From NCBI GenBank assembly GCA_964522305.1, contig CAZFVM010000002.1:1-47392 (forward strand): DNA of 47,392 nt, read 5' to 3'. Shown one piece after another: positions 1-12,000 of the stretch. The position numbers and the translations under genes are program-made. The notes below the pieces were generated by a model that was not told the DNA's origin, ran no database searches, and was given only the letters and a program-made list of their open reading frames with translations. The DNA comes from an uncultured Oscillospiraceae bacterium (lineage in GTDB: Bacteria > Bacillota > Clostridia > Oscillospirales > CAG-382). The number at the start of each line of letters is the position of its first letter. Position 1 is the stretch's first letter.

Positions 1-90
1 AGGAAAATGAATGAATAACACCAATACTATGGAAAGCGCGGACAGCATGGCGGCTAAGGTCAATTTTCTTGTTAAATTTGTTTCAATCAT
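1..90 (-). CDS. First 30 codons of a membrane protein that runs off the window edge. It is probably a riboflavin transporter (RibU-like ECF S component).
   Basis: The ATG at 88-90 (minus) has GAGGTG 7 nt upstream. The translation MIETNLTRKLTLAAMLSALSIVLVLFIHFP is a hydrophobic TM start resembling RibU/YpaA N-termini. It sits directly behind an FMN riboswitch and terminator. It is missing from the ORF track because it is truncated. Confidence 0.55.
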   Translation of the reverse strand, partial: MIETNLTRKLTLAAMLSALSIVLVLFIHFP

Positions 91-152
91 TAAATATCAC
101 CTCAAAAATGATAGTCTTTGTTTAATGCTCGGGGTACATAAACAGTAAGGAT

Positions 153-181
153 AAAAAAACCCCCCGTATAAAATACGGGGG
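153..181 (-). terminator. Rho-independent terminator that serves as the expression platform of the FMN riboswitch
   Basis: On the minus strand, CCCCCGUA - UUUUA - UACGGGGG is followed by U7 (plus-strand A-run at 153-159). It lies between the riboswitch aptamer and the RibU-like start. Confidence 0.8.
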
Positions 182-203
182 ACCCTTAATTAACTGTTGT
201 TTT

Positions 204-420
204 GCTTCTCACATCCAGACTATACAACCGTGTAAAACACGATTACTGTCGGTACGGGAATTTCACCCGTTCCTGCAATCGAAGTTAACTTCGACCCAGA
301 CCCTCTTTATAAGGTATTCTGTCCAATTATATGTGATAATTCGCATTGAGAATCATTATATATAATCTTTTAGCTCGCAGACTATAACTGCCGGTAGGGA
401 ATTTCACCCACCCCCGAAGC
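204..420 (-). promoter_or_regulatory. FMN riboswitch (RFN element)
   Basis: The minus strand carries the conserved RFN blocks. The 5' half reads CUUCGGGGGUGGGUGAAAUUCCCUACCGGCAGU...GUCUGCGAGC. The 3' half reads GGGUGAAAUUCCCGUACCGACAGU...AGUCUGGAUGUGAGAAG. P1 closes as CUUC/GAAG. The order and spacing match the B. subtilis ribD leader pattern. Confidence 0.85.
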
Positions 421-446
421 TTATTTGATTGTTAATCTTTAGTTAG

Positions 447-1649
447 TTATGCTATTTCGATAACAACGCCGGAACCGACAGTTCTGCCGCCTTCACGGAT
501 AGCAAAGCGAAGACCCTTCTCGATAGCGATGGGGGTGATAAGCTCTACTCTCATGTCGATGTTATCACCGGGACGGCACATGTCTACTCCATCGGGTAAT
601 GTGATAACCCCGGTAACGTCAGTTGTTCTGAAATAAAACTGGGGACGATAGTTGGAAAAGAAGGGCTTATGACGGCCGCCTTCCTTCTCGGTAAGAACAT
701 AAACCTGACCGACAAACTTGGTCAAGGGCTTGATGGAACCGGGTTTCGCAAGAACTTGTCCTCTTTCGATCTCAGTCCTGTCAACGCCTCTGAGCAATGC
801 GCCGATGTTGTCTCCGGCTTCTGCAAAGTCAAGCAGCTTACGGAACATCTCTATTCCTGTAACAACAGTCTTCCTGGCTTGGTTGGAAAGTCCGACAATC
901 TCAACTTCTTCGGAAAGCTTAATTTGTCCTCTTTCAACTCTACCGGTAGCAACCGTTCCGCGACCTGTGATGGAGAATACGTCTTCAACAGGCATCAAGA
1001 AGGGGAGCTCGTCGTTCCTTGCGGGAGTAGGAATAAAGTCATCAACAGCTGCCATAAGCTCGAATATAGGAGCGTATGCGGGATCTGTGGGATCCGTAGA
1101 CTCGGACACAAGTGCGTCTCTTGCAGAACCTCTGATTATCGGAATATCGTCGCCGGGGAAGTCATACTCGCTAAGAAGCTCTCTGATTTCCATCTCGACT
1201 AAATCCAACAACTCGGGATCGTCAACTAAATCGACTTTGTTCATGAATACGACCATTGTGGGAACGCCAACCTGACGGGCAAGCAGAATATGCTCGCGGG
1301 TCTGCTGCATAGGACCGTCTGTACCGGCTACAACAAGAATAGCACCGTCCATCTGTGCGGCACCGGTGATCATGTTCTTTACGTAGTCAGCATGTCCGGG
1401 ACAGTCAACGTGAGCGTAGTGACGGTTCTCGGTCTGATATTCGACGTGACGGGTACTAATTGTTATACCTCTTGCTTTTTCTTCCGGAGCGTTATCTATC
1501 TGTTCGTATGCTAACTGCTGAACGGAGTCATCCCCGAGAGAAAGGGTCTTGGTGATAGCAGCGGTCAAAGTGGTCTTACCGTGGTCAACGTGACCGATGG
1601 TACCAATATTTACGTGTGGTTTTGTTCTTTCGAACTTTGCTTTTGCCAT
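447..1649 (-). CDS. tuf: Elongation factor Tu
   Basis: The 400-aa ORF starts [28 protein letters not shown] (G1) and has DCPGH (G3) and NKVD (G4). Length and termini are canonical, and it follows fusA. Confidence 0.98.
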   Translation of the reverse strand: MAKAKFERTKPHVNIGTIGHVDHGKTTLTAAITKTLSLGDDSVQQLAYEQIDNAPEEKARGITISTRHVEYQTENRHYAHVDCPGHADYVKNMITGAAQMDGAILVVAGTDGPMQQTREHILLARQVGVPTMVVFMNKVDLVDDPELLDLVEMEIRELLSEYDFPGDDIPIIRGSARDALVSESTDPTDPAYAPIFELMAAVDDFIPTPARNDELPFLMPVEDVFSITGRGTVATGRVERGQIKLSEEVEIVGLSNQARKTVVTGIEMFRKLLDFAEAGDNIGALLRGVDRTEIERGQVLAKPGSIKPLTKFVGQVYVLTEKEGGRHKPFFSNYRPQFYFRTTDVTGVITLPDGVDMCRPGDNIDMRVELITPIAIEKGLRFAIREGGRTVGSGVVIEIA

Positions 1650-1688
1650 TATGTTTCCTCCTATTATATCTTTGTTCGATATAGATTT

Positions 1689-1716
1689 ATTATATAGTTT
1701 TTTTGTTGTCTGTCAA
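1689..1716 (-). promoter_or_regulatory. Possible internal sigma-A promoter for tuf
   Basis: On the minus strand, TTGACA (1711-1716) is followed by a 16-nt spacer and TATAAT (1689-1694), in the fusA-tuf spacer. Confidence 0.4.
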
Positions 1717-1743
1717 GGCTTTTAGCCTTTTTTCCCGGTGTTG

Positions 1744-3825
1744 TCAGCGGTCTACACACATCTTTCCGCTCAATTCATCCTGCAAAGCTTTGGAAACGAC
1801 TGCATAATGACTGGGTTCCATAGAATATTGTCCTCTGCCCTGGGTCTTTGACCTCAAATCCGTCGCATATCCAAACATAGAGGATAAAGGAACTTCAGCC
1901 AAAATCTGCTGACCGCCCGCTATAGGCTCCATATCCTTGATAGCTCCTCTTCTGGAGGTAATATCCCCCATAACTTCTCCCATATAATCGTCGGGTGTTG
2001 TAACCACTACCTTCATTATGGGTTCGGTAAGTATTGGAGCTGCCTTTCTCATGGCGTTTCTAAATCCCATGGAAGCGGCAATTTTATATGCCAGCTCCGA
2101 GGAGTCCACCTCGTGGTAAGAGCCGTCGGTAAGAGTAACAATAACATCCACTACATTATAACCTGCAACTGTACCGGATAACATTGCACTCTTTATTCCG
2201 TCTTCTATGGACGAAATGTACTCTTTGGGAATGGCTCCGCCAATTATCTTGTTTACAAACTTGAATCCCTCACCGGCTTCGTTGGGTTCTATGGTTATCT
2301 TGACATGACCATATTGACCTCTACCACCGGATTGACGGACATATCTGCTGTCTTCTTCGGCAGCTTTGGTAATGGTCTCTCTGTAAGAAACCTGGGGTTT
2401 GCCTACATTCGCCTCTACCTTAAACTCCCGGAGTAACCGGTCTACTATTATCTCGAGGTGCAATTCTCCCATCCCCGCTATGATAGTCTGTCCGGTCTCT
2501 TCATCGGTGTAAGCTTTAAAAGTGGGATCTTCCTCCGCCAATCGAGATAAAGCTACCCCCATTTTTTCCTGGCCTGCCTTGGTCTTTGGCTCTATTGCCA
2601 CCATAATAACCGGCTCGGGAAAATTCATAGACTCTAAGACTATGGGGTTTCTTTCGTCACATAGCGTGTCCCCGGTGGTGGTGTTCTTTACCCCCACTAT
2701 GGCTACAATGTCCCCTGCCCTTACTTCGGAAAGATCCTCTCTGTGGTTGGCATGCATAAGCATAATCCGACCCAGCCTCTCCCTGGTCCCTCTGACTGAG
2801 TTGTAAACCATAGAACCGGAAGCTATTTTGCCGGAATAAACCCGCATAAAGCAAAGTTTACCCACATAAGGGTCCGCCATTATTTTGAAAGCAAGGGCGG
2901 AAAAAGGCGCATCGTCATCGGAAGGTCTTTCCGCTTCTTCCCCGGTCTTGGGGTGAGTGCCTTTTATTGGTGGAACATCCAAGGGTGACGGCATGTAATC
3001 CACCACCGCGTCCAAAAGCTTTTGTACACCTTTGTTCTTATATGAGGTACCGCATACCACCGGAACCATCTGGTTGGTTATGGTAGCTTCTCGGATTGCA
3101 GTCTTGAGCTCTTCTTCGGTAAGTTCTTTACCTTCGAGATACTTCTCTAAAAGAGTGTCATCAATCTCGGCTACATGCTCTAACAGCTCTTGGCGAAAAC
3201 TCTCTGCTCTGTCTGCCATGTCCTGTGGAATTTCGGTTTCTTTTATCTCATTGCCCACATCGTCGAGATAGATATAGGCCTTCATCTTTACAAGGTCTAT
3301 GATGCCGGAAAAGTCGCTCTCGGCACCTATGGGCAATTGAATGGGAACGGCGTTTGCCTTCAAACGGTCCCTGACCATATCTACTACCTTATAAAAATCC
3401 GCACCGGTTATGTCCATTTTGTTGATGTAACACATCCTGGGCACTTGGTATTTATCTGCTTGACGCCATACTGTCTCGGACTGTGGCTCTACCCCGCCCT
3501 TAGCGCATAATACGGTAACCGACCCATCCAGAACTCTCAAAGAACGTTCTACTTCAACAGTAAAGTCAACGTGTCCGGGGGTGTCGATAATATTTATTCT
3601 GTGGTCCTCCCAATAACAGGTGGTAGCAGCAGAGGTTATTGTTATGCCTCTTTCCTGCTCTTGTTCCATCCAGTCCATGGTAGCGGCACCCTCGTGAACC
3701 TCGCCCATTCTGTAGGTCTTTCCCGTATAAAACAATATGCGCTCGGTTGTGGTTGTCTTTCCCGCATCGATGTGAGCCATTATCCCGATATTGCGATAGC
3801 GCTCAAGGGGGTATTGTCTCGGCAT
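1744..3825 (-). CDS. fusA: Elongation factor G
   Basis: 693 aa, with [21 protein letters not shown] and the domain IV loop [10 protein letters not shown]. It occupies the str operon position between rpsG and tuf. Confidence 0.97.
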   Translation of the reverse strand: MPRQYPLERYRNIGIMAHIDAGKTTTTERILFYTGKTYRMGEVHEGAATMDWMEQEQERGITITSAATTCYWEDHRINIIDTPGHVDFTVEVERSLRVLDGSVTVLCAKGGVEPQSETVWRQADKYQVPRMCYINKMDITGADFYKVVDMVRDRLKANAVPIQLPIGAESDFSGIIDLVKMKAYIYLDDVGNEIKETEIPQDMADRAESFRQELLEHVAEIDDTLLEKYLEGKELTEEELKTAIREATITNQMVPVVCGTSYKNKGVQKLLDAVVDYMPSPLDVPPIKGTHPKTGEEAERPSDDDAPFSALAFKIMADPYVGKLCFMRVYSGKIASGSMVYNSVRGTRERLGRIMLMHANHREDLSEVRAGDIVAIVGVKNTTTGDTLCDERNPIVLESMNFPEPVIMVAIEPKTKAGQEKMGVALSRLAEEDPTFKAYTDEETGQTIIAGMGELHLEIIVDRLLREFKVEANVGKPQVSYRETITKAAEEDSRYVRQSGGRGQYGHVKITIEPNEAGEGFKFVNKIIGGAIPKEYISSIEDGIKSAMLSGTVAGYNVVDVIVTLTDGSYHEVDSSELAYKIAASMGFRNAMRKAAPILTEPIMKVVVTTPDDYMGEVMGDITSRRGAIKDMEPIAGGQQILAEVPLSSMFGYATDLRSKTQGRGQYSMEPSHYAVVSKALQDELSGKMCVDR

Positions 3826-3922
3826 ATATTTCTCCTTAATGGTAATACTCTAAAACAACCGCCGCGGTTGTTTTGTTTTGCGAGTGTAATATAAACGATA
3901 AACCTCTGTTAATGTATGGGGT

Positions 3923-4393
3923 TTACCATCTGTAATGAGCAAAAGCTTTGTTTGCTTCTGCCATCTTGTGAACATCTTCTTTTCTCTTAACGGCTCCGCC
4001 GGTACCGTTAGCAGCATCGATTATTTCTGCCGCCAAACGCTCGGACATCCTTCTGTCGCTTCTGGCTCTGGAATAAGTCTTAAGCCAGCGCAAACCGAGA
4101 GTCTGTCTTCTTTCCGGACGAACTTCCATGGGCACTTGGTAGTTTGAACCACCCCTGCGAACAGCTTTTACTTCCAGGGTTGGCATTATATTTTCCATTG
4201 CCTTTTGGAATTGTTCCAGCGGATCCTGGCCCGTTCTTTGTTCTACTAACTCAAAGGCATCGTAGACTATCTTCTGTGCAATACCTTTTTTGCCGTCCAA
4301 CATAATATTGTTGATAAGCTTTGTTACCAAAGTAGAATTATAAAGAGGATCGGGCAAAACGTCTCTTTTGAATCCGTGCTCTCTTCTTGGCAC
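3923..4393 (-). CDS. rpsG: 30S ribosomal protein S7
   Basis: It has the S7 N-terminal pattern [21 protein letters not shown] lies 7 nt upstream of the GTG at 4391-4393, giving a canonical 156-aa protein. The ORF-track ATG at 4411 would lie on top of the SD. Confidence 0.93.
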   Translation of the reverse strand: MPRREHGFKRDVLPDPLYNSTLVTKLINNIMLDGKKGIAQKIVYDAFELVEQRTGQDPLEQFQKAMENIMPTLEVKAVRRGGSNYQVPMEVRPERRQTLGLRWLKTYSRARSDRRMSERLAAEIIDAANGTGGAVKRKEDVHKMAEANKAFAHYRW

Positions 4394-4589
4394 TATACTT
4401 CCCTCCTTCATAATGATTACCGATCATGTTGTCGATCGGCTTCAATGAGCTCATAGGTACTCGAAAAATTTTTCGTAAGTGCTAATGACGAGAACAACTA
4501 TATCAAAGGGTAAAAATACCAATATGTAGTATCAGTCATTAGACACGAACAAAATCCATTCTTTTCCTTAAAATAGATTTGACAATCTA

Positions 4590-5000
4590 TTAGTTGTCAC
4601 TCTTGGCTCCGTACTTGGAACGGCCTTGCTTTCTGTTTGCCACCCCTTGGGTATCAAGAGTGCCACGGATAATGTGGTATCGAACACCGGGTAGGTCCTT
4701 TATTCTGCCGCCTCTTATCAAGACGACCGAGTGTTCCTGAAGGTTGTGTCCAATCCCCGGAATGTAAGCGGTAACTTCCATACCGTTTGTAAGCCTCACC
4801 CTTGCTATCTTTCTCTGGGCAGAGTTAGGCTTCTTGGGGGTCATTATAGCAACCCTGGTACAAACCCCTCTCTTTTGCGGAGACTCATTAACGACGATAC
4901 TTTTCTTTATCGAGTTAATGCTTCTGTGCAAAGCGGGAGACTTGGATTTGTAAACACTCTTTTGCCTACCGTGTCTCACCAACTGGTTAAATGTTGGCAT
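4590..5000 (-). CDS. rpsL: 30S ribosomal protein S12
   Basis: 136 aa, with MPTFNQLVR... and the [10 protein letters not shown] region typical of S12. It is the first gene of the str operon. Confidence 0.96.
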   Translation of the reverse strand: MPTFNQLVRHGRQKSVYKSKSPALHRSINSIKKSIVVNESPQKRGVCTRVAIMTPKKPNSAQRKIARVRLTNGMEVTAYIPGIGHNLQEHSVVLIRGGRIKDLPGVRYHIIRGTLDTQGVANRKQGRSKYGAKSDN

Positions 5001-5036
5001 TTTTTCCCTCCTTTCTTAAAAATTCGCAACGAAGTA

Positions 5037-5065
5037 ATTATACATAAACACAAAAACTTTGTCAA
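5037..5065 (-). promoter_or_regulatory. Sigma-A promoter of the rpsL-rpsG-fusA-tuf operon
   Basis: On the minus strand, TTGACA (5060-5065) is followed by an exact 17-nt spacer and TATAAT (5037-5042), about 35 nt upstream of the rpsL ATG. Confidence 0.6.
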
Positions 5066-5148
5066 TAGTTGTAAATTCACCAAAAGTATTGTGTGGTTGC
5101 AATATAAATGAGCATTTATATATAAATGGGCATTTTTGTGATTAATTC

Positions 5149-5406
5149 TTATGATTTATCGGTTTCGTATTCGGTTATTATTGCGGTGGGTACTTCAACT
5201 CCCGCCTGCTTTGCCAACTCCTGGCTGGTGTGAGTGATATCGATATCCGTCAACCCAACTTTTTTCGCTTCTTCCAGAATGCTTCTTGAAAAGCAACTGT
5301 CAGCGTCTCGAGCGAGCATAACCTTCTTGGCTTTACCGGAGCGAATGACTTTTAGGGATTGATTCTTGCCCACAACCCTACTTCGCCCTTCGGCACCTTC
5401 AGACAT
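5149..5406 (-). CDS. L7Ae/L30e-family ribosome-associated protein (YbxF/RplGB-like)
   Basis: 85 aa. It lies between rpoC and rpsL, exactly as B. subtilis ybxF does. The pattern G.NQ..K.I..GKAK.V..A.D is typical of K-turn binding L7Ae proteins. Confidence 0.75.
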   Translation of the reverse strand: MSEGAEGRSRVVGKNQSLKVIRSGKAKKVMLARDADSCFSRSILEEAKKVGLTDIDITHTSQELAKQAGVEVPTAIITEYETDKS

Positions 5407-5437
5407 AGTTAACCTCCGTTAATACTATAAAAAACAA

Positions 5438-8400
5438 TTATTCCTCTATATCCATCCCGTCAAAGACATGCTGGTAACTTCTGCCGGTGTCTACTTCCAC
5501 ATCCCTGTAAACCTGCATACCCGTACCTGCGGGGATGAGCTTTCCTATGATGACGTTCTCTTTGAGACCTATCAAGGGATCCCTTTTGCCCTTTATCGCA
5601 GCATCGGTCAAAACCTTTGTGGTTTCTTGGAAGGACGCTGCCGATAGGAAGGACTCTGTGGACAAAGAAGCTTTTGTGATACCGAGTAGCATGGGGGTAC
5701 CTACTGCTTCTTCCTTGGGCATCTTTGCGGGGTTCTTCTCGTTGTATGCGGATATCTTTTCGTTTTCTTCGATAAACGAAGCTATATCCACCGCCGAACC
5801 CATCAACAAATCAGTGGAACCCGGGGATTCGACCTTAATCTTGCGGGTCATCTGACGGGCAATAACTTCAATATGCTTGTCCGCTATTTCAACCGCCTGC
5901 AGTCTATACACCCTTTGGATTTCCTTGATAATGTATTCGTACACTTCATCCAATCCGGATATTCTGAGGATGTCTGCCGGGTTCTCGGTGCCATCGGTCA
6001 GTTTTTGACCTTTTTGTACCTTATCCCCGTCTTCGACTATTATCTTGGTCTGAATGGGAATAGAAACTGCCTTTTCTTCTCCGGTTTCTTCATCGGTAAC
6101 CACCAGCTGCTTTAGACGCTTGGCGTCTTCTATTCTGACCGTTCCGTTATATTCTGCCAAAACTGCAGACCTCTTGGGCTTGCGAGCTTCGAATATTTCT
6201 TCTACTCTGGGCAGACCCTGAGTTATATCTCCCCCGGCAACGCCTCCGCTTTGGAAAGTTCTCATAGTGAGCTGAGTACCCGGCTCGCCAATGGACTGAG
6301 CTGCTATAATACCTACTGCTTCGCCTATGCTAACCGGATGACCGGATGCCAAGTCGGCACCGTAGCAAGAAACACAAGCCCCGTGTTTGGAACGGCAATT
6401 GATAACAGAACGGATATGCACCTTTTCAATTCCGGCTTTGATAATCTTTTCTACATGGTCTTCGTTGATTAGAGTTTGCTTGTCTACTATCACATCGCCG
6501 GTCTTGGGGTCTGTGACTTCACCTATTGTATATCTGCCTATCAAACGGTCCTCGAAGGGCTCTATGATCTCTTCTCTTCCGCTGGAGAATGTATCTACGA
6601 TTTTGTTGATCCAAAGTCCTCTTTGGTCACCGCAATCCTGCTCTCTGATGATAACATCCTGGGATACATCAACCAAACGACGGGTTAGGTAACCTGAGTC
6701 GGCGGTTCTCAATGCCGTATCCGCAAGACCCTTTCTGGCTCCTCTGGCGGCAGTGAAGTATTCTAAAATCTTCATTCCTTCCCGGAAGTTGGCTTTGATA
6801 GGTATTTCTATGGTTTTACCGGCTGCGGAAGACATAAGTCCTCTCATCCCTGCCAACTGTCTTATCTGCTTGATAGAACCTCTGGCTCCGGAGACTGCCA
6901 TAATATTTATGGGGTTGTATTGGTCGAGATTGCGTTGTAGCGCTTCGGTAACCTTATCGTTACAATCTTCCCAAATCTCCACTACCTTGGCGGAACGCTC
7001 CTCGTCGGATAACAAGCCCTTCTTATAGAAATCGGTAATCTTGTCTACCTTGGCGTCAGCCTCTGCCAAAAGATCCTTCTTTTCGGGGGGTACGGTCATA
7101 TCATAGACCGAAATGGTAATAGCGCTCCGGGTGGAGTACCCGAACCCTATCTCTTTTAACTTATCTAACACCTCGGCGGTGAGAGCGTTTCCGTGACGCT
7201 TTATACATCTGTCAACTATGGTCGACAGCTCGTCTTTTGTCACCACAAAATCTATCTCGGGAGTAAACCAGTTAGCCGGGTCACTTCTATCCACAAATCC
7301 CAAATCCTGGGGTAAAGGTTCGTTGAATATAAGTCTGCCTAAAGTGGTCTCGGTAATGCCCCGCTTCATCTCGCCGTTTATTTCTTTTTCTACCATGGTC
7401 TTTATGGGAGCATGAAGACTTACTAAGCCGTTTTGATATGCCATCACAGCTTCTTCGTAGTTTCTGAAGTATTTGCCTTCTCCCATTTCCCCTTCTTTTT
7501 GTAAAGTGAGGTAATAGGAACCCAAAACCATGTCTTGAGAAGGAACGGTGACGGCGTGGCCGTTAACCGGCTTTAACAGGTTGTTTGCCGAAAGCATCAA
7601 GAATCTGGCTTCTGCCTGGGCTTCGGCGGATAAGGGAATGTGCACCGGCATCTGGTCGCCGTCAAAGTCGGCGTTAAACGCTGTACATACTAAGGGGTGG
7701 AGCTGTATCGCTCTTCCCTCTACCAAAACCGGTTCAAAGGCTTGAATGGATAATCTATGCAAGGTGGGAGCGCGGTTTAGTAGTACCGGATGCTCCTTAA
7801 TAACCGCATCCAAAGCGTCCCAAACCTCGGCGTTAGCCCGTTCTACCCGCTTCTTTGCGTCTTTTATGTTGGTGGACTTGCCTGTCGCCACTAAGGTTTT
7901 CATAACAAAGGGCTTAAACAACTCCAACGCCATTTCCTTGGGTAGTCCGCATTGATATATTTTTAACTCGGGTCCTATGACTATAACCGAACGACCGGAA
8001 TAGTCCACCCGCTTACCCAGCAGGTTTTGCCTAAAGCGTCCCTGCTTGCCCTTTAACATATCCGACAAGGACTTCAAAGGACGGTTATTTGGACCGGTAA
8101 CAGGTCTGCCCCTTCTGCCGTTATCGATTAAAGCATCCACCGATTCTTGCAGCATTCGCTTTTCGTTACGCACTATAATATCGGGGGCATTTAGCTCCAA
8201 CAATCTCTTTAATCTGTTGTTGCGGTTGATTACCCTGCGGTAAAGGTCGTTTAGGTCACTGGTGGCAAACCTGCCGCCATCCAATTGAACCATAGGCCTT
8301 ATTTCCGGAGGTATTATGGGAAGTGCCTCCATAATCATCCACTCGGGACGGTTGCCGGACAAGCGGAAAGCCTCTACTACTTCCAGACGCTTTATTGCCC

Positions 8401-9019
8401 GAATCTTTCGCTGACCCGTAGCAGATTCCAACTCTTTCTTGAGTTCTTCCGACTCTTTTTCCAGATCGATTTCTTCCAGTAGCTTCTTGATAGCTTCGGC
8501 ACCCATGCCGGCTTCAAAATCGTCTTCGTATTTTTGTTTGTAGTCTTTATATTGTTCTTCGGTTAAAAGTTGATACTTGGTGAGTCGAGTGTGCTCGCCC
8601 GGATCTATTACTATATACTGAGCAAAGTACAATACCCTCTCAATTAACTTAGGCGATAGGTTCAAGAGCAGGCCCATCTTTGAAGGAATTGCTCTAAAAT
8701 ACCATATATGGGATACTGGAGCTGCCAGGTCCACGTGTCCCATACGCTCCCTGCGAACTTTGTTTGTGGTTATTTCAACACCACATTTTTCGCATATTTT
8801 CCCCTTGTATCTGATACCTCGCTTATACTTACCGCAATGACATTCCCAGTCCTTTGTGGGACCAAAAATCTTTTCGCAGAACAAGCCGTCCCGCTCGGGT
8901 TTTAAGGTTCGGTAGTTTATAGTTTCCGGTTTCTTGACCTCTCCGTGAGACCAAGAACGAATCATATCAGAAGAAGCCAGACCGATTTGTATGGATTCAA
9001 ACTCAATGTTTTCCAACAT
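5438..9019 (-). CDS. rpoC: DNA-directed RNA polymerase subunit beta'
   Basis: 1193 aa, with the catalytic NADFDGDQM motif and the N-terminal Zn finger CHCGKY...C.KC. It follows rpoB after a 17-nt gap. Confidence 0.98.
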   Translation of the reverse strand: MLENIEFESIQIGLASSDMIRSWSHGEVKKPETINYRTLKPERDGLFCEKIFGPTKDWECHCGKYKRGIRYKGKICEKCGVEITTNKVRRERMGHVDLAAPVSHIWYFRAIPSKMGLLLNLSPKLIERVLYFAQYIVIDPGEHTRLTKYQLLTEEQYKDYKQKYEDDFEAGMGAEAIKKLLEEIDLEKESEELKKELESATGQRKIRAIKRLEVVEAFRLSGNRPEWMIMEALPIIPPEIRPMVQLDGGRFATSDLNDLYRRVINRNNRLKRLLELNAPDIIVRNEKRMLQESVDALIDNGRRGRPVTGPNNRPLKSLSDMLKGKQGRFRQNLLGKRVDYSGRSVIVIGPELKIYQCGLPKEMALELFKPFVMKTLVATGKSTNIKDAKKRVERANAEVWDALDAVIKEHPVLLNRAPTLHRLSIQAFEPVLVEGRAIQLHPLVCTAFNADFDGDQMPVHIPLSAEAQAEARFLMLSANNLLKPVNGHAVTVPSQDMVLGSYYLTLQKEGEMGEGKYFRNYEEAVMAYQNGLVSLHAPIKTMVEKEINGEMKRGITETTLGRLIFNEPLPQDLGFVDRSDPANWFTPEIDFVVTKDELSTIVDRCIKRHGNALTAEVLDKLKEIGFGYSTRSAITISVYDMTVPPEKKDLLAEADAKVDKITDFYKKGLLSDEERSAKVVEIWEDCNDKVTEALQRNLDQYNPINIMAVSGARGSIKQIRQLAGMRGLMSSAAGKTIEIPIKANFREGMKILEYFTAARGARKGLADTALRTADSGYLTRRLVDVSQDVIIREQDCGDQRGLWINKIVDTFSSGREEIIEPFEDRLIGRYTIGEVTDPKTGDVIVDKQTLINEDHVEKIIKAGIEKVHIRSVINCRSKHGACVSCYGADLASGHPVSIGEAVGIIAAQSIGEPGTQLTMRTFQSGGVAGGDITQGLPRVEEIFEARKPKRSAVLAEYNGTVRIEDAKRLKQLVVTDEETGEEKAVSIPIQTKIIVEDGDKVQKGQKLTDGTENPADILRISGLDEVYEYIIKEIQRVYRLQAVEIADKHIEVIARQMTRKIKVESPGSTDLLMGSAVDIASFIEENEKISAYNEKNPAKMPKEEAVGTPMLLGITKASLSTESFLSAASFQETTKVLTDAAIKGKRDPLIGLKENVIIGKLIPAGTGMQVYRDVEVDTGRSYQHVFDGMDIEE

Positions 9020-9036
9020 ATTACTATCTTCCCTTC

Positions 9037-12000
9037 TTAATTATCAGCATTATCGATGTCTTGTTCGTCGGAGTCGACGAGGTCATCGCTCTTGCCGTTA
9101 TATCCGATTTCGACGGTGTTATCCTTATCATCGGCAACAACACCTTCTTCGTCGTCCATCATCATCTCTTCGGGTTTTTCGAGAACGCTCTCCCCTAATT
9201 CAAGATCTGAGAAGCGCTTTTCGTAACCACTTTCTTCGGCGCTATAGTCCTTGAGGGTAATCTCTTGGTCGTCTTTGTCTTTGACTCGAACATTCAGTCC
9301 AAGGGATTGTAATTCCTTTACCAAAACCTTAAAAGAGGCGGGGACACCCGGTGTGGGGATGTTCTGTCCCTTTACTATCGCTTCGTAGGTCTTAACCCTT
9401 CCCCTGATATCGTCCGACTTTACTGTCAGAATCTCTTGCAAGGTATAGGCAGCACCGTAGGCATATAAAGCCCAAACCTCCATCTCCCCAAAACGCTGAC
9501 CGCCAAACTGAGCTTTACCGCCCAAAGGCTGTTGGGTTACCAAGGAGTAAGGACCGGTGGATCTGGCGTGAATCTTGTCGTCAACCAAGTGATGGAGCTT
9601 TAGGAAGTACATGTATCCTACCGTTACTCGATTGTCAAAGGGCTCACCGGTTCGACCGTCATATAATACAGACTTTCCGTCTTCCGGAAGCCCTGCCATC
9701 TTGAGACATTCAAAAATATCCATCTCGGAAGCACCGTCAAATACCGGGGACATGACCTTCCAGCCCAGTTCTTTGGCAGCAAGCCCTAAGTGAACTTCCA
9801 GTACCTGACCTATGTTCATACGGGAGGGAACTCCCAAGGGGTTTAACACTATATCCAACGGAGTACCGTCCGGCAAGAAGGGCATGTCCTCTACGGGTAA
9901 AATCCGGGAAATAACACCCTTGTTTCCGTGACGTCCCGCCATCTTGTCCCCAACCGAGATTTTTCTCTTCTGGGCGACAAACACACGAACAACCTTTATA
10001 ACACCGGGTTGAAGGACATCACAATCGTCTCTGGAGAATTCTTTGACATCCACCACAATTCCGCTTTCGCCGTGGGGCAAGCGCAGGGAGGTATCTCTGA
10101 CTTCCCGCGCCTTTTCACCAAAGATGGCACGCAAGAGTCGCTCTTCGGCAGTGGGGTCTGTCTCACCCTTTGGGGTAACCTTACCGACCAATATGTCTCC
10201 TGCTCTGACCTCGGCACCGATCCGGACTACTCCCTCGCTATCAAGGTCTCTCAAAACATCTTCCCCCACATTGGGGATATCTCTGGTAATCTCCTCGGCA
10301 CCTAACTTGGTGTCTCGGGATTCACAGTAATACTCTTCTATATGTATGGAGGTATAAACATCCTCTTTTACCAAACGCTCGCTAATCAATATAGCGTCTT
10401 CGTAGTTATAACCTTCCCAGGTCATAAAACCTACCAGGATGTTCTTACCCAACGAAATCTCTCCGTGGTCGGTTGCCGGACCGTCTGCAACCACATCCCC
10501 TGCTTCTATTCTCTGGCCTTTTTTGACCAAGGGGCGTTGGTTTATACTGGTACCTTGGTTGCTGCGCTTGAACTTAATGAGCTTGTATACATCCATTCCG
10601 CCGTCATCTGTCCTGACAACAACCTCGGAAGCCGATACGCTCTCTACTGTTCCGGAAGTCTTACATATCACCAAAACTCCGGAATCATAAGCCGCCTTGT
10701 ATTCCATTCCCGTGGCAACTATAGGCGATTCGGTAACCATAAGGGGCACCGCCTGCTTTTGCATGTTGGAGCCCATGAGCGCTCTGGTGTTATCGTCGTT
10801 TTCCAAGAAGGGAATCATGGAAGTTGCCACCGAAACAACCATCTTTGCGGAAACATCCATCAAGTCTATCTCATCAGTCTCAAACTCCAAGACTTCGTCC
10901 CTGTGGCGGGCTACTATCTTTCTGTTGATGAATTCACCGTCTTGGTTGATTTCTTCGTTTGCCGTGGCTACAACATATTCGTCCTCGGCATCGGCGGTAA
11001 GGTATACCACTTCGTCGGTAACCTTTCCGTCTTTGACCCTTCTGTAAGGTGCTTCTATAAAACCAAAGTCGTTTATTCTCCCATAAGTCGCCAGATAAGA
11101 TATAAGCCCGATATTCGGTCCTTCAGGAGTCTCAATGGGGCACATTCTTCCGTAATGGGTGTAATGTATGTCCCTGACCTCAAAGGAGGCGCGGTCTCTG
11201 GAAAGTCCGCCCGGTCCCAATGCGGACAAACGACGCTTGTGGGTCAACTCCGACAAGGGGTTTGTCTGGTCCATAAATTGGGATAAGGGGGAGGACCCAA
11301 AGAAGTCGCGAATTACCGACACTATGGGGCGGATGTTAATCAACGACTGAGGGGTAATGGTATCGATGTCCTGAGTGGTCATCTTTTCTTTTACTATCTT
11401 GTCCATCCGGGCAAAACCGATTCTTAGCTGATTAAATAACAACTCTCCCACCGTGCGGAGTCTGCGGTTGCTTAGGTGGCCGATATCGTCTATGGTTCCT
11501 ATTCCGTGGGAAAGACAGATTAAATAGTTAACCGAAGCAAAAATGTCGTCAACGGTTATATGATTGGGAATAAGTTCGTTTCTGCGGGGTAGAAAAGCTA
11601 CTTTTAGTTTTTCGGCATCCTCCAAACCCACTTCTTCGATTATTTCCAGTAAAACATCTAAGTTTACATATTCGTTTATACCAAGTTCCGAGTTATCAAA
11701 TCCGGTTATCGCAGAAGCGTCCACCATCCTATTGGTAAACACCTTAGTCTCTATGGGTCTGCGGTTCTCGTCAAATCCACTTTCTATATATACTTCACAA
11801 AGCCCTGCTTTTTCGATTGCTTCCGCATCGGTTCTGGATAGCTTTATGCCTGCATCAAATAAAATCTCTCCGGTTATGGGGCTTACCGCCGGGCGAGACA
11901 ATACCTTGCTCGTAATCCTCTTGGACAGCGCAAGTTTTTTGTTGAATTTATACCTACCTACCATGGATAGGTCGTATCTCTTGGAGTCAAAGAACAAATT

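Noticed and set aside
1716-1735. A hairpin AAGGC-UUUU-GCCUU followed by a T-run that looks like a terminator in the fusA-tuf spacer.
   Set aside because: The U-tract follows the hairpin only on the plus strand, where no gene ends. On the coding (minus) strand the stem is only 5 bp and has no U-tract.
10342-11286. A 314-aa ORF on the plus strand. Other long antisense ORFs lie at 669-1275, 22153-22617, 24546-25106, 33541-34077 and 43701-44240.
   Set aside because: - All lie entirely antisense inside strongly supported conserved genes (rpoB, tuf, rarA, der, iorA, the ATPase-like gene).
- Their translations are low-complexity or Ser/Leu/Cys-rich, and they have no SD.
- These are typical shadow ORFs.
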